Shown in pieces: positions 12,261 through 25,649 of a DNA stretch of 64,000 bases. Every line of letters starts with the position of its first letter. Position 1 is the first letter of the stretch. The notes below the pieces were generated by a model, which saw only the letters and a program-made list of their open reading frames with translations, was not told the origin of the DNA and ran no database searches. The stretch is taken from the NCBI GenBank assembly GCA_036172245.1, contig JAYWIR010000003.1, positions 5,332,001 to 5,396,000 on the forward strand, in the 5' to 3' direction. The DNA comes from Raillietiella orientalis. Its lineage: Eukaryota. A program made the translations under genes and the position numbers.

Positions 12261-13699
12261 TCTTTGCGTTTCTGGTCTGCAAGGTCAGGCGACCCCCGCC
12301 GACAGCAAGGGAAATTCCCGAAGAATCTGGGGAGTCTGCACGTCCGGTTCAGAGAGTTTCGGTCTATAACGACCGTAGTGGTGGCAGAACTGTCCCACCC
12401 TTCTCATGGGCCGCGAAGGGGAAGCATGGAACATTCGTTTTTCAGAGTTCCAGCTTCCCCTGTCTCCTCCACTTCCTTTCGCTCTCTCGTTTCGACATCA
12501 CTTTCGAGTCCACGAGAACGGCAATTCTCGCGTTCTACAGCCCTTGGAAGCTGCGCAGACTCGAATCAAAGTTGAGGAAAAAAACCCTTTCGATGTAGGT
12601 CCATCAATGGGAAGAGAACTGTCTTCGTGCTCTTTTCATTGATGGACCTGCGCTGAAAGTGCAGGATTTCGTCTCGCGGAAGGAGACTCTTCCGATGGTA
12701 ATTCCAAATGCGAAACATCTGAAGAAGAGTGGAATGTCGAGACACCTCCTTTCGAGATTCTTTCCTCTCAAGATGTGCTGATGCAAGAAAAAAGGATGCG
12801 GATGAAAAAAAGATGCGCATTACGCATCTTTTTTTCCTTTCCCTCGTTTTGAAGGAGATGGAACAGCAAAAAAGAGCATTAGCACTCGTGCAGACCTATT
12901 TCCAACAGCATTCTAAAAGGTGTTGTTGTATGCTACAGTACGCGAGAACCATCTGCATCCGCAGCGGAGCAACGCCGCTGACGTCCTTCACACTCTGCGA
13001 TATGCCTCATGCCGTTCCACGCTCTCACGTGGGATTTCTTAGTGTTCCAGGAGCTACGCATTTCATCCTTACTTCCCAGTGGTCTCTGCCCATGCCAAAG
13101 TGCCCAGGACCTTAAGTGATGTCTTTGAGACCATGGTGGAAGGTTCACTTCCTTACCAAACAACTGCTGTGAATGAAGGGAGGCGACATGACAGTGTATC
13201 TTAAAGATTCGCGCCTTTTTAGAAGTGATCTTTAGTGACCCCCTTTGATCATGTTTCTTCCAAGGAAGGGAACTCGAACGTTGGCACTGGAGCGAGATGG
13301 ATTATCATCATTGTCATTTGCGAGTAATTTACTCTTTTTGGTCAGTTGTTGTAGGTTCCATCAGTTTTCATCTTTTGAACGGGGCAGTTGCAGTAGTGAA
13401 CGATACATGCCTTTCAGTCAGATTTTCGAACTCGCCACTTGCTCTGCTTAACACCCTTAGGGGTACAGCTCTGCGTTGTTTGAAATTTCCCATAGCACTG
13501 GGATCGCATCTTCCACGATCGGTCTGAAGTTAGCACTCCTACATGGCTGAAAAATGTTCCTTTCCATGCTGAAGAATACTTGGTCCACAATACATACAGG
13601 CGGTTCCTATTCCACGAGCGAAGGAGGTCGATCCCCCCATCCCTCCTCCCAAAAGCGTCCGAACGTGAAATTCATCAGAACTTTCCATCATAAAAGGAA

Positions 13700-14300
13700 A
13701 AGAAGAATTCCTCTTCCCCCTTTGAGTTCCAAAAAAGTTGAGATTTCATTATTCGATTATGTTTATTTGCAGTCTTTCGTAAAATCTCATCAGTGTCTGG
13801 TGGAGCCTGGGCAGTAAAGGAGAAATGCTGTGCTTTTGAAACACACAATCTCCCTTAAATACTTATAAAACTAAAGATAAAGTGCTTGCATCCTTCTGAT
13901 TTACAATGATGAGAGAAATTGCATGCTTTCTATCTGAGAACGGATGGCCTGATAGGAGACGTACAGAGCTTCTCATTTCATCCGGCAGCTCCATAAACTC
14001 CAGTTCATCCTTGTAAAGGCAAAAATGCAGAAGGTAGTCAGTCACTGGAGCTCAGAAAGTGTCTATCTGATGTCTCAACAAGCCAGTGATTGAATATGGT
14101 AGATTCTGGAAGCACAAGGAGATAAAGATGCCATTTGGAATTGCAGCCTGCCTTCCCGGATGCAAATCCGTTCTCATCATGAGGTTTGAATCTGGTAATA
14201 TTGAAACAGCAGACCCTCTTATCTAAACAAGATATCTTAAATAAGTGCCCCTTTTTCGAGGAAGTGACATCACACATTAAGGAGCTCTGATCATTTATCA
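13700..14300 (+). mobile_element. LTR retrotransposon RT remnant (BEL/Pao-like)
   Basis: GLIGDVQS (compare ALVGDIEKAF) followed by RFWKHKEIKMPFGIAAC (compare RMPFG) on plus. Confidence 0.45.
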
Positions 14301-15779
14301 AGTCAGATACAATGCATGCGACCGTGCTGTAACGGATACAATTATTTTGCTCTCTTCATTAACAGGCGTGAGGGAACTGCAAGAATACGCAAAGTAATCC
14401 AAGACTCTTCAAAAAGGAAAAAAATTGATATTTTGCGTTCTCCTATTATGTATCCTTCCATGCTTTCCATCAGAAAATCTGTACAAAAGATGCGATTTTT
14501 CGAATAGTCGTTAGTGGTGCTCACACACACGGGATATGCTGCGACGAAATCGAAAGAGCCATTAACACATGCATTCAAAGTCAACCTTACCCGATTTACT
14601 GTCCTTACTTCTCATTTGCAAGGTCGCATTTATCCGGTTGTATGCAGCAAACCGAAGAACTGATGAGATAATTTTAGCACGCACTCAAACTAAATCTCAA
14701 GGCAATAGCGATTTTGCTGGTGCTGAAACAGCATCCAGCAGTAAACGAGACACCGAGCGATCCTACCACTCGCGGGATTGATGACGAATGCGTAAATCAC
14801 AATTGGTGCAGTCTGGTCCGAACGAAAAAGGGATGCGAAATCACGTCATCATGAAGCAACGGATGAAGCAGTTCCGGCATCGTAATGGTCCTCCGCTTGG
14901 TAGGGAGCCGAAAGGCGGCACCTGCAAACGTGTTGTTCTTCAGATCCCCTTCGCACTGCTTTTCGCGATCGTCTTCGAAGAGGTCTTCCCCTGCAGAACT
15001 CTAATAAACAGAGGGAATATGGCAGGCATGAAAACTTCCAGGATCAAAAATAAAACGAACAGCTGGGTTTAAAGGGAGTGTCGCGTGTGCACCGGGCAGA
15101 TAATCGCGGAGGGAGAGAGAACCCTTCAACCTAAGGTTTGCCTCTTTGCCGCATTCACAAATGTATCAGAAAGTGTCTGTGATGCACACAGATCCGCGTT
15201 CTTCCGAAACTCATTATACGACGCCACTCCTCGACCCATGGACGCACTTCGAGGCACGAAAGACCCACGTTGTCACTGCAACCGAAAAATTTGGCCCTCG
15301 GCCATTTCGAACGGAAAGATCGCATGGAATTCGGAATCGCAGGAATGTTTCATTCAGTGACAGAATAGAAAGCACGCACAAAAGGAAGTGTCTTCTTCTT
15401 CAGAAGGAATGCTCTGCACTCTGTTCGGAAAAGTCCGTCATGCAGATAACTGCAGTGACGGACACATCCGCATCAACAAACGCGCATCCAATGGAGATGT
15501 TCGCTTTTTCAGGATCTATCAGCTGGACACGGCACCGCAGTAAAAGAGTCTGCCCTCAACCCATGTAGAGAATTGGACGACACGGGATGGCATTCACTCT
15601 GGAGACTGGGAACCAGTCCATGGAGAATGTCCAAGATTTCCCTGTGAGACGAGCATGGGACTTCCTGCTGCTTCCATCAGGTTGATGGGGAGGGCTGCGG
15701 TGTTGGCAGCACAAGAACTTAGTGCTAACTAATTTCCGCATGACTTTCACAGGTCTTTCCTGTTCTGAAAAATGCGATT

Positions 15780-16350
15780 GCAAGAATCTAATAAATCATC
15801 ATTTGGAGGACGAACTTGCAGGACTCCCTCCTTCACATTTGCAGCGGCCCCTGTCTGTTTTCTATAAAATTAGGGACGCGAGAAAATCCACTTAAGATGG
15901 AATGTGAAGCCAAAAATAAAATCCTTGCACAGGAAAGCCACAGCTCCATCGTGAAGAAATGAGATATGCGCCCAAAGCAGGTACCGTGAAAGATCAAACA
16001 TCCATAAAAACTGGAAAAGATGGACAGTGGGAACAGCACTGTTACTGTGATCAACAGGCTACGATGGAAACTTTTTGTCTCTCCCAATTTACAGGATGTA
16101 CCTTGCATCAGTGCTTCAAGGGAACTTAGCAGGAGAGTTTTTCTGCTGGTAAGAACTTGCTTAGGCATGTTAAAGAGGAGTAAAAGGGCAGAAAACAGCC
16201 CTTGTAATCCTCTTGAAGCGAGTCAAACCTTCAGTAATTGGTCTTCTAAGCTGGGAACAAGAAGCCATGAGGACAGAGATGCAGTGCCCATTCTTCTTCT
16301 TCAACCGTTAAGAGGTTTGTTTCCTAATTGATTATGGGCAGCTTGATAAT
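15780..16350 (-). mobile_element. BEL/Pao pol remnant (RNase H-integrase linker)
   Basis: Degenerate RFSSxxRLxR-like and PFLD-like segments. Confidence 0.35.
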
Positions 16351-17799
16351 TTTCTGGAAAAGCTGAAGAGCTCTGAACTTGAATTTAAAGACGCGAAGCA
16401 GCTTAGCACCGCGAACCATCCGGGTTCGAAAGATGATTCCGTTATCTGTTAAACGCTCATTCAAGGTGGAGCTCATCCAAAACTACAGAGAACACCTGTC
16501 TTCAGTGCTCACGGATCTGTGCTTTTCTCTAAGGATCCAAGCTCTCGGATATCCTGGAAAACGAGGGACTCTTCCGGATGATTCGGCGAGAGGCAAAGAG
16601 CAGCTACCTGACAGCTTGGAGCTCTGAGGAGCTTCTTCGGTCGCTCCCTCCTCTGCGATTGGGAAGTTCTAGAACGGAAAGAGCGATTGGTGCCTTCGAG
16701 TACTCCAATTTTCGGAGTCATCGCTTCGGGGTTTCAAGATTTCCATCCATCAGTTAGCTTATCTGTCTTTTGCACTGGTGGGTGCACTTGAAGACACCGA
16801 GTTTCCTTCTCACGTTCGGATTGCCATCGAGCGGTTCCGTTGAGGAATTCTTACTTTCTCAGAGAGCGCCCACGCTCTTGCACTGCACGTCCCAAACAGC
16901 AAGTACTTGTAATCTCAACAAGCTATACTTTCAAGCATCGGGCAACCTCGATTTTCTCCATCACATCTTCCTGAGAACTTCAGTGCTGTCTGCACCAAGC
17001 AGTCCTTCTCCAAGCTTGTCTTGAGAGACTTTCCATGTGGAGACAGGGAGAAAGAACGGAGGCTTTTTCCTGACGCAATGCGAGTCACTTTAAAAGTTGA
17101 TCCTCGGCAACTAAAAAGCCAAAAAAAAAAAAACTCTCATCATAGGAGAAATGGTCTGCAAGGGTGTTCGGAAGTTGCATTCTGAACGTTGAAGGATAAG
17201 CACCCCCGATTTTTGGTGAAAGTTTAGAACCTGCAGGTATCTCCATGATGGATGTGCTCAGGGACGAGGCACAAGATTCACACAGAAAGAATGGAAATAT
17301 CAAAAATCATGAGGAAGAACCCTTGTTCTCCCGAATGCTGCTCATCGAGTGCACATCATCGTGGAAAGACATCGCGCATGGATGCTTCCAAACTGCGCGC
17401 ATTTTTCCTCCTTGGCGCACTTTGGGCTCCCTCAGTGCCTCATTCGAGTGGACCAACTTTTTGACGCTAGTTACTCGATGGAAGCGAAGCCTTCTCTCTT
17501 AGAAGATTGCGCTTCTGATTTCTACGGTCTTCTCGACTCTTGGTACGAACGCCTTTGCCCGTTTTCTGGAATCTCAGATTCGAAAAGAGTAACGCGCATT
17601 CCTCCCTGGCATCGATTTTATTGAGATTTGCAGACGAGTCCTTCTTGGTACACCTCTTTTCTTGATTACCGAAGAATTCATCATACGCAACGTGATGCAT
17701 AGGATTCTCCAGAGAATGAAGACTCCGGGCCAAAGCTTTCCGATATTAAGGCTACCTCATTCATTCTCGAAGAGTATGCTGAACTTGCTCAATTCATCA

Positions 17800-19100
17800 C
17801 GGATTCTAAATTAGGGCAGTGTTAACCTGTACCGCTCCCTTTTTTTGTGCAAACTTTCCGAGTAAAGCACGTGTATTCTGATCTTCCACTTGGATGCTTT
17901 TCCTCCAGAGTGAACGCACAGAAAACCTACATCTTGCTACGAACGACGGAGCTATAGCCTCTTGGAGCAAATGGCACTCAGCAAAAAAGAATGGTTGGAT
18001 CTCTTGAAGGGCGTGTGCACAGTTCCAAAGAGTCCGCTCCAGGAAGAAAGTCACTCCGCTGGATGGCAGCGGCAAACACGAGTGGTGGTTTCCGAGTTCA
18101 CAGATCAGATGGAAATGACCATGTAGCCGGAAATCTGGCTTCGAATGTGGTTAGTCCTCCCAACAGGCAGATGGTCTTTGGTAACCCGACTGGTAGCAGG
18201 ACGAAAATGTCAAAAATCGAGTGCAAAGAGGAGTTCATCTTTGCACCAGGTTTCCACGCAGGAATCTTGTTTAGTGGCTTTGATACTGAAATCGATCAAG
18301 GAGTTTTGCTTGCCTCAAATGGGAAAACACCTTCGTTTTTTTGGCTGATTCATGAGAGGAAATTCTTCTGAGAAATTCTTGTCTATTCAGTTCAGCAGCA
18401 TTCGATGTCTGTCAGATCAGCAAGCAGTTGCATCCGATATAAGGAGATGCTCGATCGTTCCTTCGCTCTCTTCTCCACATTTCTCCTCAATACGAAGGTT
18501 TACCCCTTCCCCTTCCCAAAGCTTTCTCGTAAATCTGTATACACACTCACCCTTTCTACCGCGTGTGACTGCGAAAAAACAGTCTCTCAGATATGGGTCG
18601 CCTCACTGGAATTCTGCTGAGGACCAACACGATTTCAGGAAAGCGCTTATTCAGTAAATACGCAAGCGTCCTTGACCGGAGATCAAACTGTCGATGCATC
18701 TCCATCGGTTTCCGGGGGATCGCAGATCGCCTGATACCTAGGGCTGAGTCATTTTTTAACAAAAACACATCTATCGAGCAAGGTCGACCGATTCTGTTAA
18801 ACTTGAACTTCATACTTCTGATATTCCGACCCGATGGCTACAAGGTCACCAATTTGTTCTATCTGTGTCGAATGTTCTATCAGAGGATTCTCAAGATAGC
18901 GACCAATCGCCTCTATCCAATACGATGGAATATTTGATAGATGCGATTTCCGCACTGTCGACTACTGAAGCCTTCAGGCTGATTCTACATCCCCATATGT
19001 ACAAGTACTGTTTGGTTGATTTCCATGCCAAGTGATCTTCACGTTGGGATCTCCGACTGACTCATTCCAGAGGTCATTATGATCGAAAGCTGATAAATAA
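17800..19100 (-). mobile_element. Decayed LINE RT
   Basis: IPRKP...SRTLAYLLNKRFPEIVL resembles RT domains 1-2 (IPKK...KILAKILANRLKKVL). Confidence 0.45.
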
Positions 19101-19149
19101 AAAAAGATCTTCCGATGATGATGAAGAGGTGAGTGATTTTGTATTGAAG

Positions 19150-19600
19150 ACTGAACAGAGTGAACACATTCCCAGTGAGCTCAACTGCCCATCGGCATCA
19201 GTGACACCAAACCAGGGAAGCAAACTCATCGGTCTGCAGAGGCACGAGCGCAAAATTGTATCGGCCTGTCACCGTGCCCGATGAAAGCGAAAGCGGCCCA
19301 CTGAACAGATAGAAAGAGATTTTGTTCCTTCCAGTCAACGCGAACCTTCCTTGAATCCCGCTGAATTAACATCACCAGAAAAGTTTCCTTCTGGAGCTGT
19401 TGGAGGAGATCCCTGGGATGTCCAGAGCGAGTTCGCATGTGATCCTATAAGCATGCCTGAAGGATCATCTGATTTGCAGCAGGGCTCTGCGAACACCTGT
19501 GCCTAGCATTAATGGGGAGAGATGAACCCACGCAAACTGCTGATGAGGAAGAGCGTTTCGGACCGAAATAAGGCTGTTCCGTGGGTTGTGTGCGTTTTTT
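19150..19600 (+). mobile_element. Possible Penelope-like element 3' end (weak GIY-YIG remnant plus degenerate hammerhead)
   Basis: Weak IP..C....LQRHERKI and KSFLLELLEEI similarity, followed by CTGATGAG...GAAA enclosed by an 8-bp stem. Confidence 0.3.
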
Positions 19601-21160
19601 CAGAAATCGTCACGGTGCGACGTGCCTATTGATGAGTATTGATAGCGATTGCGATGCCTATTGATAGCAGTTCTTTTCATTTCGTGTTGATTTTGAAGTT
19701 AATTTCAGTGTTTTCGAAGGCTTTGCTTTATTTACTTGAAGTGGTGAATAATCTGGACTTTGTTCCTCTGGCTCCATCGTGTAGGGTGAAAGTAAACAGG
19801 AGAGGTAATTTTCTCCATAGCAGCCAGATTGTCACATCTGAATGCATGTTGGGAGATTATCATTAGTTTGTTCGGTGCCTTCCAATTCACACGAAAGTCC
19901 CAGGAAAACGATTAGACTGATTACACGGGAGATTCGTTTTAATGATCCCTTACAGATTCGTTTTCCACAGCGCGCAGGCAGAGCTTGCATCCCTGTGCTT
20001 CATTGCACTCATCACTGCGCATCCTGAATTCTTGAACTGAGAATTCTTGGAACGGAGCACGGCTTTCATCGGATGAGCATCCAAATGCAATCTGAAGATG
20101 GTTGCGCGTGCGCGTTAGCATCGTTTCGAGCACCCAAGAAATCAAAGTCAGGGGAGAAGGAGGCAGCTGAAGAGGTCAGGTCAGCCGCGCTGCTGAAAGT
20201 GAGTCTTACCTATTCACTTACCATCTTTCCTCATTGACTGATTGACTATGGAAAGTTGAAACGGGAAAGCACCCCAGAGAAGCCCTTCCCCCATAGTTTA
20301 TGCGTCGTCCTCTATAGTCCTCCGGGCACGCTGCAAGAAGGCACCTGAGGTTTCTCTTGTTCGGCGAAAAACTTACGTTTCTGCAAGCCATTTCTCCTCT
20401 CAGCTTCCTCTTCCAAAGATGAAGATGTAAAAAACAGCCATGCCTTGGGACTGCTGTGAATGGAAAGTGGGTTGTTTAATCAAAGACCATTAATATTCTG
20501 TTCCCTTTTTTGTGCGTATTTCGGAAGAGAAGCTTCGTCTCTGAAAATGACTCTGTGGAGGAAGCCAAGGAGACAGATCTCCCTCTCTGCTTTGACCAGG
20601 GTGCTTCTCAGATCGAGGAACAGTAAGCAATAAACAGGGATGAAGTGGGATATATAATAAATACAAGAAGAACCGGAATGGACGGGATGAAGATTGCTGG
20701 CATGCTGGCGACCCCGTTGTGTCTGAATGGCACGAAGCAGCCAAATGCCACTTCCTGTTCTGTAGAAGCAGTGGAGAACCATTTGGAATTCGCCGTTTTT
20801 CTTCTTCCTTTTTCTTTCTTTTTTTTTAATGCTGCACCGAACAAAGAAATCCACTGGAATTGATTACTCTGTCTTTTCTTGCGTTCCTTTTTCAGATGAA
20901 CGCACACTTATCGTAAACACAGCTGATCATTCGCACTTATTTCATATTTCATACAAACGGCAATCAATATCCTTAATGTGACGTAACTTATAGTGCCGTG
21001 TTTAATCAAAACAGCATGCTCAGACACTTATTGATTCACGAACGGAACGTCTGTGTCAACATACGCAAATGCCGGATAAACAACGTGAAAACACCCAACG
21101 ACGAGCGACCGAAGAAATTGCGAGCCACTGGCAGGCTGGAGAAGGAATTTCGCGAAACGA

Positions 21161-21190
21161 ACCACCACCACCACCACCACCACCATCACC
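21161..21190. repeat. (CAC)n microsatellite
   Basis: About 10 ACC/CAC units read directly. Confidence 0.95.
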
Positions 21191-21559
21191 GTTCACTCGA
21201 GGCTCACCAGCCTCGCAGCCAGCTGGTGGAAAACCTGACCAACTTTATTACGCAGTTAGCTTCATTCGAATCCTCAGGATTCCCATGCCTGGCGCCCAAG
21301 CCCGATTGCAGCCTTCCACAGAAGGGGGAAAAAAAAAAAAAAAAAATCAAATTTGCTAAATGCTTTGGGTTGCCTCGTTTATGGAATTCACATTGCCGTG
21401 AGCGATTTCTCCTCTCGGCTCTCTCCCTTCAGAAATGAAGGCTTAAAAAGCAGGCATTCCGTGGACTTGTCGTGGGTGGACAGTGAGGTTAGAGTAAGGT
21501 GACCTCGTCTGTGAAATTTTCTGCATATTACAAACGAGTCCCAGTTCCAGAGCTTGCGT

Positions 21560-22300
21560 TCTGTTTCCACGCCTCTCCGACTGAGGCAAGGGGGCGTAAT
21601 TCTACAGGATAGGGCACCCCGGGATGGGAGTGGGTCCTCCCTATATGAATCCAGGAAGGGCCCGGAGTCCGTTCCTCTCAAGCTTGGGAAGGGATCCCCC
21701 CCCGGATGGGGGGGATCGCACCTCCCACCCTGGTTGTCTCCGAAGGAGAACCCCGAAGAGAGAGAGCCCCCCCAGAGCTTGCGTTTACAGCCGAGAGATG
21801 CTCCTGGAGGAAGTTCTCCTCGCATGTCCGCCACCAATCACTTTTGTAGAGATTGGGAGCACCCCCATCAGAGTCAAGTTCCCCTTCCCTGCATTCAGTC
21901 AAGATGGCCAAATCTCAAGGGGCTTGCCGTCGCCAAGGTTCCCATCCCTGGCTGTAGGTCCGCTCGGCAGCGTCTTCTCCTCACGGTTTCTCCCTCAAAC
22001 GAGCGTTCGATTCGTTTCTACGGAAAATCCCGTAATCTCACTTTTCCGTTTGTGGGTGACAAGAAGAAAATCGAAAACTTCTTTGAGTGTCGAGAAGCTC
22101 CGAAAGGTTGCTCCTCGTTCGATCCTCTCATGCGGAAAATTCGAGTTTCATCCACGGGAAGATTTCCTCAAGCTTTGCTTTGTCACCCAAGGAGAGAGAG
22201 CCGTTCCCATTCGCAGCTGGGAGCGGAGTGACGCAAGGCAAAGAAGTCTGAAAGCAGGCTTTCGGATCACTCCGTTCTTCTGGCGGACCGCCGGCTGCCT
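21560..22300 (-). mobile_element. Tx1/L1-like ORF1 remnant; dispersed repeat with 31100-31300
   Basis: Shares ATGAATCCAGGAAGG..GAGTCCGTTCCTCTCA..GGGATCCCC..CCTGGTTGTCTCCGAAGG with 31155-31250. Confidence 0.7.
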
Positions 22301-24229
22301 CGGACCGCCGTCACACGACAGCGGTGTTCGTATAAACAAGGGCTACGGACTCGAGTTGAGGCTGAAGAGGGCCTGGGAGGTTCCCGGTTCTGTTTGCACG
22401 AAGATGTTCCTACCGCCGGGCGCCACCATTAAGACCTGGCTTTCGAACAGGGAGGCTGCAAACAGCTGCACCGCTGGACAGCACGTTGAAGTTGAGGAGA
22501 ACGCAGAGAAACGGTCGCAAACTCAAGCATGTGCCGCCAGCGGTCAAGCATGCTGGCTCCTCCTGCAACCGTGCTGAATCCTCTCGTCTGGTAGGAGGGG
22601 GAATTCTTCGATGGATTCGCTTTTCGAATTCCACCTATCGAGGTGTGGTTTCCCCAGTGCTATTCGGATGATTCGACCGCGCAGAAGAGCAGAAAGGCTT
22701 ACCCGCCGAGAGATTCGGGGAAGATCTTTCGATTTTCGTTTGCTTCACAGTGAGCGACAAGAAAACAGTCGAAAATTCTCCAGACTGGGACTGATGCCTA
22801 CGAACGAGCGGTTTCCTGAAAAGTTCAATCTCGAGTAGCCTCTCATGGATCTTTTCCAGGAGCTTGTCCCCACCCCCACCCTCCTCCCAAATAACAAAGT
22901 GCAGAAATCGCAGAAAACGAAAAAGGAAAAAAAAAAAAAGATGCTCTTCGAGGTTTTCTTGGCGATGGAAACATCGAAGGCAACTTTTTTTTTTTTTTTG
23001 CGAGACTCGAAGGGACAGCTTCGTGCTTCCGACAGGACCAGAGAACATGCAACCTATGGAAGAGACCGTGTGTGTGTTTCCGTGTTTTCACCTTCCAATC
23101 TTATTTCAAACTATACACTGTTCACAGAATGAAGCAGGCTTTTTTTTTTTAAAAAAAAAAAAACAAAAACAAAAACCAAGTGGGAATGCACTCGATTCTG
23201 TTGCCACTGGGAGCGAGAACCCGCATCTACTCATGCTTTCGTTACCAAGGAAACACCTCCAAGAGATTGAAAGCAAAGTGTTTCTTTCCTCGTCCTCGTT
23301 TTCTGAATTTGTGATCCTCTTTCTCTTTCGAAATTCTATCTACATCTATTCCATTCTATTCTGTTTCTTCTCACTTTGATTTCACTTTAAATTCCATGCG
23401 CAGCATTTGAGGCATTCCGCAAGGGACAGCGAAAGGCTGAAACCAAAGGGTTGACAAGGGTGTCTGTGGTTCCCATGTAAGCCGTCGATGACGCACGGTA
23501 GTTGACACGATGATAGTTTGCAGACAGTTTGTGGATGAGGAGTGGCCAGATCAAACAGAAGCACGAGGTTTTTCTTTGAGAGTTCTGTGGAACTGTAACC
23601 ACGAAACAGAAGAAGTCTTCACAATGATCTCCTTCATTCCGGGAAACGGAACTGCGCAGCCCTGAAGGTCAAAAACAATTCGTATGAAGGCGACTGTTCA
23701 AACTGCTTCGAAAGAGTGACGTTTAGACAAAGCCTTTTGAATGGATGGATGTTTCATGGAACTCCTGAGGATGGTAGCATGGAAGCGGAAAGAAGATGAA
23801 TAAACCATGACTGGTCGTTGCGCTTTCCAGCGCACGAAATGGGGTTAAAATTCAAAGAAAATGATCCTCAATTCCTCGAGTTTCGCGGGATGGATATGAT
23901 GCAGGATGAATAGGACAGGATGAACACATCTTATTTCAAAGATATGTTTCCCTTGATTCCCTCACGTGACATTCCTGCCAACTCTGCCCCCCTCCCCCCC
24001 AATTTCTTGAGGCGATGGTAATGAGTATTACAGAATCTGGGATCGGCACCGAATCCAATTTTAAAAATTCATGAACGAAACGTCGGACTGTATTGCAGCT
24101 GGAGAGCGAGCATACAGTACAAGAAATAAAAGTTGGAAATGATTTGCAGCCGCCAAATGCAAGAAGTTTCTCACATTTTTCGCTTCCGAATTCTTTCTGG
24201 AAATTTTGGCGCACGAGACACCCCATCGT

Positions 24230-24980
24230 CATGTATCTCAGCACCATACATAGTTTTATACAGATTTTATACGCCGAAATCCGTAAAAGTCCATGCATAT
24301 TTGGATAGCAGTCCGTTGTACTTTCTTTCAAAGCGGAAGAAAAAACAAAAACTATTGAATGGTTGCAACGTAACGAATCCGGCAGCTTCCTTTGCTCCGC
24401 GACATCCGACTTTGCGAACCAGAGAGTAATCTGGACCAGAATTAGGGTAATGTAGAAAAATGCATCACAGTGTGCATGCCACGAAGAAATGCAGTCCTCC
24501 TGCAGAATCTCAACATCGCCATATATTTTAGGATGATTCTCCCGAGAAACTATCATCAGAAATTGATCCTCATTTGAGCAGATTAAGAGATTTTCAAGTT
24601 TTATGGAAAGGCTTGTGTTATAACTCTTCACATTACTCATCGGGGAAGATGAGCTACATTATTCTTACTCACATCAGAGAACATAAAGACTGCTTCCTCG
24701 AAGCCATCAAAGAAAAAAGATGCAGATGCACTCTGTTCATCAGAGAAGATTCTTTTTGATCAAATAAACAATACGTGTAGAAGAAACTCCTAATGTCCCA
24801 ACCGATGACGTCAGCTCGGAATCCAATGAACGAAGAATACCTATTCGTCTTCAGTCTTACTTGAAAGCATACGATGTAGTGCTTTCTCGTGGAATGCTGA
24901 AGATTACGTGCTTTGCTGTTTTCATCAGGAAGACTGTTGCTATGTTTCAGTCCTCCCATTGTGCTGACTGTCTTCATCCT
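24230..24980 (-). mobile_element. hAT transposase relic, C-terminal part (dimerisation-domain region)
   Basis: LWFAK...LPDS...ALKESTTDCYPNMHGLLRISA resembles the hAT C-terminal ALKxCxxxxFPNIxxLLxI motif. Confidence 0.6.
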
Positions 24981-25099
24981 GTATCGTGAAAAGCGTCATC
25001 ATCATATACGAAGCGACACTCCGTGCAAGCAGCACGGAGTTCTCCGGGTTGCCTCACTTAGTATCTCCGTGCAGGCTCCAGTGGGCAGCTGAGCCCAAG

Positions 25100-25560
25100 C
25101 ATACAGAAAGCTACGGGCCGACCTCACGCACCATCTGGAAAGGATCCACGAGGGCACCCGGAGGTTACGTCAGTGGTCGGCTCTCTCGCTTCCATGGAAC
25201 GCGCAGCATCAACGTCCGACCAAATTTTGATGATCCAACGTGCGAGCTGGTGAGAAGCTGGCCGAGTAGCTGTCTGAACGCCCTCCGAGGAGAATCCAAA
25301 GTGGGGCTTGCAGCATGGGTTCGGGAGGGCCGTGCAAGTCTTCGGAGGTTGCGTCCACGGGTGTCGGCGAGGCGACGGACCAGCACAGATGTGACGAGCG
25401 TATCCAGGATTTGGAGCCCGTGCCCGAGAAGGCGGAGTTTTCGCAGCTCCGGCACAATGGCAGGTGCATTCAAGGCCGAGAGACACGAAATTCTGTGGCA
25501 AAGACTTTCACTCTTCGTTCTCACGCGAGGGCAATCAACGTGGGCTTCTTCCTGTCCTGC
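25100..25560 (-). mobile_element. LINE RT fragment
   Basis: HRISCLSAL (RPISLLS), LDSPRRAF (LDxxKAF) and TSGCPRGS (TSGVPQGS), in order. Confidence 0.65.
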
Positions 25561-25649
25561 CTCCCGTAATTGGTCATCGAATAACTTGATCTATGAGAAG
25601 CTCTGACGAAATTGTTTCTTTAATGAAACTGATTCGCCACAATGACAAG

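Noticed and set aside
13775..13793. Minus-strand CTGATGAG...GAAA
   Set aside because: No stem I or III pairing and no NUH triplet; it lies in an LTR-element remnant.
20998..21438. Poly-His/poly-Pro ORFs
   Set aside because: Products of a (CAC)n microsatellite and an A-run; no other coding signal.
23936..24640. 234-aa ORF as a cellular gene
   Set aside because: Part resembles a decayed hAT transposase C-terminus; the rest has no recognisable features or splice structure.
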